A stretch of 64,000 nt of DNA, taken from positions 52,682 to 116,681 of IMG/VR virus record IMGVR_UViG_3300037189_015081; one strand, written 5' to 3'. Shown here in pieces: positions 45,401 through 54,080 of the stretch. The stretch's first letter is position 1; the number at the start of each line of letters is the position of its first letter. Made by a program: the position numbers and the translations under genes. Source of the stretch: a virus. The notes beneath the pieces were generated by a model. The model did not search any database, had not been told where the DNA came from, and saw only the letters and a program-made list of their open reading frames with translations.

Positions 45401-47719
45401 AATCTGTCAACAAGCACGCCGGAGACAATCACCGCTGACGCTGGACTTGACAACGGAGCGCGCTTCTTTATCCCGCTCGTAATCCCCGAGAACCTGGAGT
45501 CTGGTGACGGACGCAGCTTTGAGGAAGGATCGATTGATATTCGCGATCTTCCTCTCCCGCTCCTTTGGCAGATTAAAACTGGCGACGGTCACATGGGTTC
45601 GGTTGTTGTTGGTCGCATTGACAACATGGAGCGAACCGATCAGGGTATTGGAAATGCCCAGGGAGTGTTCGACACTGGCCACTTTGGCGCCGAGGCAGAG
45701 CGCCTTGTTCGAAACGGCTTCCTGCGCGGAGTTTCCGCTGACATGGACAAGTTTGAGGCGGAAGAAGTTACCGCTGAAGTTGACGGTGAAGACGGTCAAA
45801 CCATTGAAAAACAAAAACTAAAGATCACTCATGCCCGAGTGATGGCAGTTACTATTGTACCTAAGCCCGCATTCCAGGAATGCACAATCCGCATTGTCGA
45901 CGACATTCCGGAGATTGAACAACAGGAGGAAAACGTGATTCCTGACGGAGTCTATGTAGAAGACGTCGACCCGACGGAGGCAGCCGCAATTGTTGCATCT
46001 GGTATGATTGCTGGAGCAATCCCAGTTGTACCGCCGACATTGTGGTTTGCTGATCAGAAACTCAACAAGGCAACGCCACTCACGGTAACGGATGAGGGTC
46101 AGGTATTCGGCCACATTGCCGCGTGGCACGTTGACCACATTGGCATGGCATTTGGCACCAAGCCTCCCCGCTCGCGCAGCAAGTACGCGTACTTCCACAC
46201 TGGAGTTGTTCGTACCGAGGATGGAACGGACGTTCCAGTTGGTCAGCTCACGCTCGCTGGTGGACACGCCTCGCTCGAGGCAAGTGCACTCGAGGCGGCG
46301 CGCCACTACGACGACACCGCGTCTGCAATCGCTGACGTTCACGCTGGCGAGGACGCCTACGGTATCTGGGTCGCTGGATCTCTTCGCCCGGGAGCTACTC
46401 CTGAGCAGGTTCGCGCGCTTCGCGCATCGGCACCGTCTGGTGACTGGCGCCCGATCAAGGGTGGTCTCGAACTCGTAGCCGTTTGTCAGGTAAATGTTCC
46501 CGGCTTCCCGATCGCACGCGCACGCGTTGCATCCGGCCAGGTAATGGCTCTGGTCGCGGCCGGCGCGAACACACTCGCTCGTATGAAGAGTGACCCAGTA
46601 ACGGAACTCGCTGCACGCCTGGAGCTGCTCGAGCGTAAGCAGAATGAGAGTGGTATGGAAGACATCCGCGCACGTTTCAACTCGATCAAGGCTGACTTGA
46701 ACATCGAGCCTGTCACCGCAGACGCTGGTTACGAGGAGATCGAGCCAGCCGAAGTCGCCGAGACGGTTGACGAGAACGAGTCCCACCTTGTCGAGGAGCT
46801 TGAAGCTCTTCTTTCAAATGTTGTCTCGGTCTACTTCCGCGCGCACGGCTACCACTGGAACGTAAAGGGCCAGGACTTCTCGCAGTACCACGAGCTCTTT
46901 GGCGAGATCTACGAGGACGTGTACAGCTCGATCGACCCGATCGCCGAGAACATTCGCAAGCTTGGTTCGGACTCGCCATTCAACCTTGGCGCATTTGCGT
47001 CGTCGGACAGCATCGGTGACTCAACAATTGACACCGCTACCGCGACTGGAATGGCATACGACCTTTACAGCGCGAATGAGGAACTCGTCGAGCAGCTTAA
47101 GAGCGTGTTCCGTTGTGCCAATGAGTACGACGAGCAGGGTATCGCGAACTTCATCGCGGAGCGCATCGACATGCACCAGAAATGGTCATGGCAGCTGAAG
47201 GCTTCGGTCACACCGGAACAGATGCAGATCCTTGACAATGAGACTGGCGAGCCTGCCTATGAGGACGAGGACGCGGAGACCGAGATGGTCGGCGGACACG
47301 AGATCGAACCAGTGTACGCCTCGGGCGGAGAAGAACTCGAGCAGTTGAGCGCTTCAGAGTTTAGCGCAGCTCAGAACCTGTCAATTCAGGTTGAAGAGAT
47401 GCGCGCACGCATCGCCGAGTTCAGCAGCGTAACTGAGTTTAAGAACTTCACCCCGGAGGAGCGCAAGGCTCTCGCTGAAAAGGGATTTGCTCTCCCGGAC
47501 GGTTCCTACCCGATCCGTAACGTCGACGATCTCAAGAACGCGATCCACGCGTATGGTCGCTCACCTCTCAAGGGACGCATGGAGGTGCGCAAGCACATCA
47601 TCAAGCGTGCCAAGGCGCTTGACTCCCGCGACCTGATCCCTACCGCCTGGGCAAACCCGACCAACTCGCCAAGCCACTACGCGGCTGACAGCGAGGACAC
47701 AAGCCTGGGAAAAGCGTAA
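42497..47719 (+). CDS. capsid maturation protease polyprotein containing a Dps ferritin domain
   Basis: Protease motifs LPLPLLWQ..GDGHMGSVVVGRI...RGVSAD...VTIVPKPAF; second domain ending SGDWR; Dps HWNVKGQDF..YHELFGEIYE...DPIAENIRKLG. Confidence 0.85.
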   Translation: MAEFLGSQGSYVLFSNGANGAIVDTALNIVVETGDARTIFSAGEWSLSPVEVSQAARDLADAAMSSLDIRVITASGRMYTIPKGVQAEAQRALDWHKEFNRGGTPVGLGMARTLAEGGQIGIERVRHIAKYFPRHEVDKKATGYQPGEDGFPSAGRIAWALWGGDAGWRWASVIVDRENKKAVTADGLGYEPSPAVDFDYDADLDAFHAANELDEGVGPEFIARVRMDGSGIDRLYRVDIDGQVYVWDDLSWDDLGHVNGDIYTYDRALDDPYDMVEKDYVIIDPASAVVISAYMQQNPYDYVSIDQIDSVEAQMVADALAEIDWELIDRAIVSAGAPVADPSATDGQYTPEERAANASKQVRDAGGKFAAAGNRVTVGGDSSRTGEVTQVNQSDGSVVVKMDAGGSVTVPANTTRQINAEAIGTESLGTTAPSATATAPAGQPVDRGQVLDTSGILGEPRVPINQPNARIPGTLPAMTAADLKQVMYNYPAWVKSQRDQFAPQKQMAPVEVQSKGSLDVGAPAKALEKSSGKQIILDAYNHPLIQNWLHGRDKQTGTPNALWYHPVTADASPQGETVVPGATPEPAPSTDAASVSAEPMTPETSDVQPLYFAVVSPDDPRAVLDLVAIVPASATSNLPTAYKRVKGDWQQDEGILGDLNSATPPPVVPLDTDTLNSVLQQIDGLAPIAAGGTLLSHALMVLWNSDIETIIAAGGLDRNRGNAERLRRYWVHGEGAAKIRWGKGGDWKRCVRYLSKYLGVRAKGYCQLRHKEALGFYTSTHRKMLNKAKGRNNSIIEEFSGGTGIAEPVYEVPVPEEYKDVPDIDLKMDVDAMHAEHDDLYDESWQPDEEIAAAMDELSKCSDEDYLVLIAAGGLDRNRGNAEKLRRYWTIGKGGAKIRWNTKGDWTRCVRHLEKYLGPRAKGYCALRHHEMTGMWTGDRAHAALYGRKGRRNNMFSSDVLVSTDEMINLSTSTPETITADAGLDNGARFFIPLVIPENLESGDGRSFEEGSIDIRDLPLPLLWQIKTGDGHMGSVVVGRIDNMERTDQGIGNAQGVFDTGHFGAEAERLVRNGFLRGVSADMDKFEAEEVTAEVDGEDGQTIEKQKLKITHARVMAVTIVPKPAFQECTIRIVDDIPEIEQQEENVIPDGVYVEDVDPTEAAAIVASGMIAGAIPVVPPTLWFADQKLNKATPLTVTDEGQVFGHIAAWHVDHIGMAFGTKPPRSRSKYAYFHTGVVRTEDGTDVPVGQLTLAGGHASLEASALEAARHYDDTASAIADVHAGEDAYGIWVAGSLRPGATPEQVRALRASAPSGDWRPIKGGLELVAVCQVNVPGFPIARARVASGQVMALVAAGANTLARMKSDPVTELAARLELLERKQNESGMEDIRARFNSIKADLNIEPVTADAGYEEIEPAEVAETVDENESHLVEELEALLSNVVSVYFRAHGYHWNVKGQDFSQYHELFGEIYEDVYSSIDPIAENIRKLGSDSPFNLGAFASSDSIGDSTIDTATATGMAYDLYSANEELVEQLKSVFRCANEYDEQGIANFIAERIDMHQKWSWQLKASVTPEQMQILDNETGEPAYEDEDAETEMVGGHEIEPVYASGGEELEQLSASEFSAAQNLSIQVEEMRARIAEFSSVTEFKNFTPEERKALAEKGFALPDGSYPIRNVDDLKNAIHAYGRSPLKGRMEVRKHIIKRAKALDSRDLIPTAWANPTNSPSHYAADSEDTSLGKA

Positions 47720-48261
47720 CGGCTGAGTTTGCCGAGCAGTCGGTCGATACTGGCCGGTACACTGCAAAAACTCAGCCGCGGGATATAAAAGGTAAATTCC
47801 GCGAGGTCCTTGCAAGAATCAAGGTTGACGCTGGCGTATCCGGTATTCAGGACGTTCTTACCAAGGTAAAAGAGGCTGAGAACTACGACAACACCGGTAA
47901 CTATGTCGAGGCAACAAAGTCCGCAGCTGATCTGATCGGCCTTATCGACCGTATTGATTCAAAGGCTGTTACACCTCACACGCTTGAAAGCGTGCGCCAG
48001 GCGTCAAAGGACCTGGGTAGCGCGGTTGCCAATCTCCCTCTGCCATTTGGTAGTGAAAATGAAAAGGTTCGCTTCAGCGATCTCCCTCCAGCGTTGCAGA
48101 CGCTTATTGGTGACATGATGAAGCGTGTAACAAAAAAGATTGGCGCGAAGGACGCGGCTGAGGCTACGGCAAAGCTTAGCAACTTCAAGTCAGGCGGTGA
48201 TTACTTCACCCAAAGTGAAGTAAGTGCTGAATTGAGCAAGATGCTCAGATTACTTACCTAG
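47707..48261 (+). CDS. -1 frameshift extension of the protease polyprotein (about 180 aa)
   Basis: G GGA AAA at 47707-47713; 11-bp stem 6 nt downstream; -1 frame open 47689-48261 with no start codon before 47992. Confidence 0.8.
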   Translation, partial: GKSVTAEFAEQSVDTGRYTAKTQPRDIKGKFREVLARIKVDAGVSGIQDVLTKVKEAENYDNTGNYVEATKSAADLIGLIDRIDSKAVTPHTLESVRQASKDLGSAVANLPLPFGSENEKVRFSDLPPALQTLIGDMMKRVTKKIGAKDAAEATAKLSNFKSGGDYFTQSEVSAELSKMLRLLT

Positions 48262-48391
48262 TAGGTAATGTAATATCTAGATTAGGTGGAGTGCCTCCAA
48301 CGCCTTGCGCGGGCAGAGTCCCTCAGCCTTGACTAATCAACTAGATCATCGGGAAATACTCGATGATCCTGACTGGCCCGGAGGAGGGACA

Positions 48392-50437
48392 GTGGACCAC
48401 ATCAAAGAAATGCTCGACACACTGACCGAGCTCAGCGACGACCAGGTCGCAGAGCTTCAGTCGGCAATCGTCGGCGAATTTGAGACGGTTGAGAAAGAAG
48501 ATCCTACTCCGCAGACAGTAGATGCCATGACATCGCTTGCTGACATGCTTGACACCGTGCGCGGTGAAGTACAGCGTCGTGAGGCCGCAGCTGAAGAGCT
48601 TGCGTCGCGCGCCGCCGAGGCTGCTACCCGCGTTGCGGAAGCCAAGGACGCACAGCCTGCCGATGCCGTGAGCGGTGATAACAAGGAAGAAGGGGCAATG
48701 GATAAGCCTGCAGATGCAGAGACCCCCGAAGCCGATGTGACCGAAACAGCCAAGTCAAACCCGGCTGAAGCATCGTCTGCTACGGAAGAGGGTTCTGAAC
48801 TTTCGACCACAACTGACGTCGAGGCTGCTGTTGAAGCAGAGTTCGCCGTCGAAGAGGCAGCTACCGAAGAAGAGATCGTCCCAGTTGACGCTCCTGAAGA
48901 GGTTCCTGCTGTAGAGGAACAGCCTGCAGCTCCCGCTGAAGGCGAGCCCGTCGTTGAAGGCGAGCCTGCACCCGAGGGTGAAATCGCCCCCGAGGTCGAG
49001 CCCGTCGTCGAGGAAGAGGTTGTTCCAGTTTCAGAAGAGGAAGTCAAGCCAGCTGCCGCTGAAGCAGCTATTGACGCCGACGCTGAGGCAGAAGCATCAA
49101 ACACACCATCAATCGCTCAAGATGAGCAGAAGGAGCAGGAGGCCCCAGTGACCGCCGCAGCAGAACAGCCTTTCGAGGCACCCGCTGACCGTCAGCCTGT
49201 CGCCCAGGTAACAGAAGCAGCAGCAGTGGCAATCACCGCTGGTGCTGACATCCCTGGCTACACCGCCGGCAGCACCGTATCCGACATGCAGGAAGTTGCA
49301 ACGCTTATGTCAAAGCGTCTGCACGGCCTGCGCAACGTCAACGGTGGAAACGGAGAGCAGCACATCGTTGCCTCCATCACCACCTCTTTCCCAGAGGAGC
49401 GTGTCCTTACTCAGGATGCAGAGTCCAACTGGGCAAAGATCCGCGAGGTCGTTTCGCCTGAGGCAATCGTTGCTTCTGGTGGACACGTCGCTCCGTTCGA
49501 GAGCCGCTACGACGTCTTCGGCATCGGCACCACAGCACGCCCAGTGCGCGACTCGCTCGCTCGCTTCCAGGCTGACCGCGGTGGTATCCGTTTCATCACC
49601 CCGCCGGTGCTTTCGAGCTACGACTCGGCTGTAAGCGTTTGGACCGCTGCTAACGACGCAGCAACCACCCCAAACCCTTCGGCAAAGTCAAGCCTGACCG
49701 TCGCTGCCGCCCAGGAGAACACCGTCGCTACCGACGCTGTTACCCTGCAGCTCCAGTTCGGTAACCTCGCTACTCGCGCCTACCCCGAGCTCATCGCTCG
49801 TCACAACGAGTTGGGTCTCATCCAGCACGCTCGTGAGGCTGAGCAGTACCTCGTCAGCAAGATCAACGCTGCTTCGACGGCAGTCACCTCGACCAACCTT
49901 ATTGGTTTCGGTCGCGACTTCCTCGTTCAGATTGGTCGCGCCGCCGCTGCGTACCGTTCGCGTCACCGCATGGAGACCGATGCACCGCTGCGTGCAATCG
50001 TTCCCGGCTGGGTAAAGGACGCCATGGCTGCTGACCTCGCGCTCAACATGCCTGGTGACAACCTGCTCAACGCTTACGCTGAGATCGACGGCTACGTCGC
50101 CGCTCGTGGCGTAAACCTGACCGTTTCGCTTGACAACACCGTTTTCGGTGCTCAGGGCGCAACTGCTCTGGTTGAGTTCCCGGACTCGTTCGTCTGGCAG
50201 CTGTTCGCTGAGGGCTCGTTCCTCTTCCTGGACGGTGGCACGCTGGACCTCGGTATCATCCGTGACAGCACGCTCGTCGGTACCAACGACTACAAGATGT
50301 TCGTGGAAACCTTCGAAGGTATCGCCTTCGTTGGTGTCGAGTCCCTCTCGATCACATCGACCATCTCGGTCAACGGTGTCGCAGCTGCTCTTCGCGACAC
50401 AACTGGTGGCGCTACCGCCGCTGCTATCGAGCTCTAA
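48392..50437 (+). CDS. major capsid protein with N-terminal acidic scaffold region
   Basis: GTG after GGAGGAGG; E/A/P-rich N-half; IVASGGHVAP..RYD, RGGIRF, LDLGIIRDSTL..TNDYKMFVETFEG. Confidence 0.85.
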   Translation: MDHIKEMLDTLTELSDDQVAELQSAIVGEFETVEKEDPTPQTVDAMTSLADMLDTVRGEVQRREAAAEELASRAAEAATRVAEAKDAQPADAVSGDNKEEGAMDKPADAETPEADVTETAKSNPAEASSATEEGSELSTTTDVEAAVEAEFAVEEAATEEEIVPVDAPEEVPAVEEQPAAPAEGEPVVEGEPAPEGEIAPEVEPVVEEEVVPVSEEEVKPAAAEAAIDADAEAEASNTPSIAQDEQKEQEAPVTAAAEQPFEAPADRQPVAQVTEAAAVAITAGADIPGYTAGSTVSDMQEVATLMSKRLHGLRNVNGGNGEQHIVASITTSFPEERVLTQDAESNWAKIREVVSPEAIVASGGHVAPFESRYDVFGIGTTARPVRDSLARFQADRGGIRFITPPVLSSYDSAVSVWTAANDAATTPNPSAKSSLTVAAAQENTVATDAVTLQLQFGNLATRAYPELIARHNELGLIQHAREAEQYLVSKINAASTAVTSTNLIGFGRDFLVQIGRAAAAYRSRHRMETDAPLRAIVPGWVKDAMAADLALNMPGDNLLNAYAEIDGYVAARGVNLTVSLDNTVFGAQGATALVEFPDSFVWQLFAEGSFLFLDGGTLDLGIIRDSTLVGTNDYKMFVETFEGIAFVGVESLSITSTISVNGVAAALRDTTGGATAAAIEL

Positions 50438-50460
50438 GCCCGATACAAACCCAACTGGGA

Positions 50461-50488
50461 TCTCCCGGGGACTTCGGTCCCCGGGAGA
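50461..50488 (+). terminator. strong hairpin after the MCP gene (no U tract)
   Basis: TCTCCCGGGGAC-TTCG-GTCCCCGGGAGA. Confidence 0.7.
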
Positions 50489-50521
50489 CAACCCGGGTAA
50501 TCACAGACTTTAGGAAATCAA

Positions 50522-51625
50522 ATGGCGTTCAAAGGAAACTTCCCGGCACCAGACCTCGAGCCAACCGAGTTCGGTCTGTTCGCTGTTGCCAAGCCTAACG
50601 CGCACCTGACCGGTGCGGAAGATGAGTCCTGGGTTCGCGGATTCTCACAGATTTACGACACACGTCCGAACTACGTTCGCGCGTGGGACGAGACGTCGCT
50701 GGTGTCATACACTGCTTATTCAAACCCGACGTCAACACTGTATGAGCGTCTCACCCCGATCTTCCTCGAGGTTGACGACCAGCGCTCGACATTTGGCCTC
50801 AACGGAGAAGACCGCATGGTGCGTGTTATCCGTCAACTCGAGGGAACGTCACAAAAGGCTCTTGAGTATGAACTCTGGAACGGAGAAATTGCTCTCGCTA
50901 AGGGTCTTTCAAACCCGTTCCTTACCAAACCGACGGTGACAGTGATTCACGACGAGGCAGCGCATGGTGCTCCTTACACGGCGCGTCGCGCGCTTGCTCT
51001 TCTCGAGCACTACACTGGTGAAATGTCAGCCGCCGGTGAACACGGCGTCGTGCACCTGACACGCGATGTGTTCGTGCTTATGACAAGTAACAACAACCTG
51101 TTCCTTGACAACAAGGACAAGCAGCACATGCAAACCGCGACCGGTACACAGGTTGTCATCGGCTCCGGCTACTCAGGAGACGGTCCTCACCGTCTTATCT
51201 CCACACTGGCAGTATCCTCTGGAGTAGGAACAGTCGTCACAACGGATGCGCACTACATGAAGGTAGGAGAGACGGTTTCTCTCGTCACTGACGCCGGTGG
51301 AACTGCGTACGACGGAACTTGGGTTGTTGCCTCTGTAACCAACACGACTACCTTCACTCTTACAATGACGGGTGTTGCGAACCGTTCCGCGGCCGCTCTC
51401 GCTGGAAACGTACAGATGCAGGGCAACGACAACACTAAATGGATTTACGCCACCGGCCGCTGCGATGTTATGCTCGGAGAGTCTGTTGTCGTGAACGAAA
51501 ATCTGGCACAAGGCTACAACGTGTCGGGTAACAAGAATGACATGAGGATCAAGGCTACACGACCTGCAATCGCGTACTTTGACCCTTCAATCCACCTCGC
51601 AATCAAAGTCGACCTAACGGCTTAG
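50522..51625 (+). CDS. second capsid protein (pentamer-type) with inserted beta domain
   Basis: Follows the MCP gene as in two-capsid-protein actinophages; FGLFAVA, ALEYELW, GTQVVIGSGY, WIYATG. Confidence 0.65.
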   Translation: MAFKGNFPAPDLEPTEFGLFAVAKPNAHLTGAEDESWVRGFSQIYDTRPNYVRAWDETSLVSYTAYSNPTSTLYERLTPIFLEVDDQRSTFGLNGEDRMVRVIRQLEGTSQKALEYELWNGEIALAKGLSNPFLTKPTVTVIHDEAAHGAPYTARRALALLEHYTGEMSAAGEHGVVHLTRDVFVLMTSNNNLFLDNKDKQHMQTATGTQVVIGSGYSGDGPHRLISTLAVSSGVGTVVTTDAHYMKVGETVSLVTDAGGTAYDGTWVVASVTNTTTFTLTMTGVANRSAAALAGNVQMQGNDNTKWIYATGRCDVMLGESVVVNENLAQGYNVSGNKNDMRIKATRPAIAYFDPSIHLAIKVDLTA

Positions 51626-51667
51626 ACTGTATAATTAGATCAAATCAACCCAAAGGAGAATAGCTCA

Positions 51668-52732
51668 ATGGCTACTCAAGAATATGCCGCAAGCATCCAG
51701 GGTGTCGCCATTCGTGTCACCCGCCTCGACGCTTCCGGTAACCTGCAGAACGGCCCTGGTGACAGCTACACCACCTCGGCTTTCATGCGCATCTCGTTCA
51801 CACCAGAGTACGAGGAAGGCGACGAAATCGTTGAAAAGTCGGCTAACGGCTCGATCTGCGTTTCGTACAAGGCTCCTGACACCCTCAAGCGTGTAACCAT
51901 GGAGCTCGCCATCTGTGAGCCTGACCCTGAGCTTACAAACCTCATCTCCGGCGGTCTTCTTCTTCGCAAGAACCTCGGAACGTTCTCGACAAAGGACACG
52001 ACAACCAAGTCGGTCGGTTGGGCTTCGCCAAACGTCGGTGACGACCCCGCCGGTTACGGTGTTGCCATCGAGGCATGGTCGTTCGCCGTCAAGGACGGTA
52101 AGCGCGCCGCTACGCTGCCTTACTTCCACTGGGTGTTCCCGTACGCTCGTCTCCGCCAGTCGGGTGACCGCGTCATCGAGAACGGCATGCTCGCCACGAC
52201 ATTCGAGGGCTACGCACTTGGAAACGGCCTGTTTGACAGTGGCCTTGACGAGCGCTGGGAGTTCCCGCTTGCTACCGAGCGTCCATACTCGTACGCACGT
52301 ACCACATGGGCACCGACTGGTCGTCACGGTTTCTACACCTGGCACGGCGAGCTCACCGCATCGGTCAACAACAAGGCTCTTGCCAGCAACGTCGCGACTC
52401 TTACAACTGCAGCCGCTCACGGTTTTGCTGCTGGAGAGACCGTAACGATTTCCGGTGTTGACGCCACGTTCAACGGAACATACACGATCGCCTCGGTCCC
52501 GACAACCACGACGTTCACCTACGCCAAGACCGCTACTGACGTCACGTCAGCCGCTGTCTCGCCGGTCGGTGCCGCATCGGTTGCTGCTGGTAGCCGCGAG
52601 GTTGTTACCCTTCTTGACCCTGCTACAACGAAGACGTCGGCTGACGGATTCAACGTACCTGGTGCGGTCGAGTTCAACGCTGATCAGACAATCGACTTCG
52701 TCCTTACATCTTCGGCGGATCCGACTAACTAA
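51668..52732 (+). CDS. major tail (tube) protein with C-terminal beta domain
   Basis: IRVTRLDASG, EEGDEIVEKSANGSIC; upstream TATAAT and AAGGAG. Confidence 0.8.
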   Translation: MATQEYAASIQGVAIRVTRLDASGNLQNGPGDSYTTSAFMRISFTPEYEEGDEIVEKSANGSICVSYKAPDTLKRVTMELAICEPDPELTNLISGGLLLRKNLGTFSTKDTTTKSVGWASPNVGDDPAGYGVAIEAWSFAVKDGKRAATLPYFHWVFPYARLRQSGDRVIENGMLATTFEGYALGNGLFDSGLDERWEFPLATERPYSYARTTWAPTGRHGFYTWHGELTASVNNKALASNVATLTTAAAHGFAAGETVTISGVDATFNGTYTIASVPTTTTFTYAKTATDVTSAAVSPVGAASVAAGSREVVTLLDPATTKTSADGFNVPGAVEFNADQTIDFVLTSSADPTN

Positions 52733-52748
52733 TCACTCAGCAACTATA

Positions 52749-52787
52749 ACGAACGGGTGGCATGCAACCGTGTGCCACCCGTTTGTA
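52749..52787 (+). terminator. intrinsic terminator
   Basis: GAACGGGTGGCATGC-AACC-GTGTGCCACCCGTTT. Confidence 0.75.
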
Positions 52788-52803
52788 CATAGGAGGACAT
52801 TAA

Positions 52804-53856
52804 ATGGCAGGATTGTGGGTTACACCAGCGGACCTTGGTGCGCAGTGGGAGAACTCAGAGTACGCCGATGACGCGTGCAAGGCTGCGTCGTATCTTCTTT
52901 GGGTTTTGTCCGGTCGCCGATACACTGGCACTACTACGGTAACCGAACACTATATTCGCTTTGCGCCTTTGATCAACACCCACCTGATCCGTGAAGCGGC
53001 GATCATCTATTCGCACATCGACGAGACTCTCCCGCTGGTTAAGCCGTGGGCCACCAATGAGACTCGGATCCGTCTCCGCGGGCAACCAGTGCAGGAAGTA
53101 CACGCTGTTCGTAACGCGAATGGTGGAATTGTGTCGCCGGACACGTACTATGTTGTCGACCACTCCGCCGTATACTTTTATCGCCCGGCACTCATCATTC
53201 CCGCCGACATCGAGATCACCTACACGTACGGCACCAATCCACCTCTTCTAGGTAAGATGGCTGCACGCCGTATCGCGACCGAGTTCATCAAGCTGTGGAT
53301 GGGTCACGAAGACTGCGCGCTACCAGAGCGCGTAACATCCGTAACCCGCCAGGGCGTGTCGTACACCGTGCTTGACTCGCAGGACTTCCTTGAGGAAATG
53401 CGACTCGGTATCTATGAGATCGACCTGTTCCTTAAGACAGTGAACCCGAACAAGGCGCAGAAGCGCTCAAAGGTTTACACTCCTGACCTGCCACATGCGC
53501 GACGCTACAGCCCGCCATCATACGCCTACAGCCGTAGCTCATTTGATTTTACGGTATCAAAGCGCGGAGGAACAAAGACTCTTGCTCTCTCAGACATTGA
53601 CGCAGAGTACCTTGGAACGGAAAGTGGCTGGACCCTTGAGCTTATTTTGCGAAGCAACGGTGCGACTCGCTCGGTGAGTGTTCCGGGTGGAGCTGTAGTA
53701 GACGGAACAGAAGTTGTTTTTACCGTGTCGTATAGTAATGTATATGACGCGCTGAAAATGATGTCAGCCGGCGTGTGGGATCTATACGCCACAAACAATG
53801 CCGGTCAAAAGACGCTCGTAGCGTCCGCGAACTTGATCCTGGACATGTCGGTCTAG
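52804..53856 (+). CDS. head-to-tail adaptor
   Basis: ASYLLWVLSGRRY, CALPERVTSVTRQGVS. Confidence 0.75.
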   Translation: MAGLWVTPADLGAQWENSEYADDACKAASYLLWVLSGRRYTGTTTVTEHYIRFAPLINTHLIREAAIIYSHIDETLPLVKPWATNETRIRLRGQPVQEVHAVRNANGGIVSPDTYYVVDHSAVYFYRPALIIPADIEITYTYGTNPPLLGKMAARRIATEFIKLWMGHEDCALPERVTSVTRQGVSYTVLDSQDFLEEMRLGIYEIDLFLKTVNPNKAQKRSKVYTPDLPHARRYSPPSYAYSRSSFDFTVSKRGGTKTLALSDIDAEYLGTESGWTLELILRSNGATRSVSVPGGAVVDGTEVVFTVSYSNVYDALKMMSAGVWDLYATNNAGQKTLVASANLILDMSV

Positions 53857-53888
53857 AATCAATATCAAATAACCACAAGGAGAACAGA

Positions 53889-54077
53889 ATGTCAATCATG
53901 ACAAACTTCCGCGCCGAGGACATGCCTGGCGCTAAGAAGCCTGCAGCGAAGCCTGTTGCAAAGAAGTCTGCGCCTGCAGCTGCTGCAAAGAAGGTCGCGC
54001 CTGTCGTTGAGGCACCCGTTGAGGTCGTCGAGGTTACCGAGCCTGTCGTCGAGGAAGCACCAGTAGTCGAGGACTAG
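53889..54077 (+). CDS. small Ala/Lys/Pro- then Glu/Val-rich protein
   Basis: AAGGAG RBS before ATG 53889. Confidence 0.65.
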   Translation: MSIMTNFRAEDMPGAKKPAAKPVAKKSAPAAAAKKVAPVVEAPVEVVEVTEPVVEEAPVVED

Positions 54078-54080
54078 TCG

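Noticed and set aside
47992-48261. 89-aa ORF as a stand-alone gene
   Set aside because: It has no RBS, and the frame is open and protein-like from 47689; the -1 frameshift explains it better.
48305-48391. TTG start for the major capsid protein
   Set aside because: GTG at 48392 has a strong GGAGGAGG SD; the upstream region looks like a structured leader.
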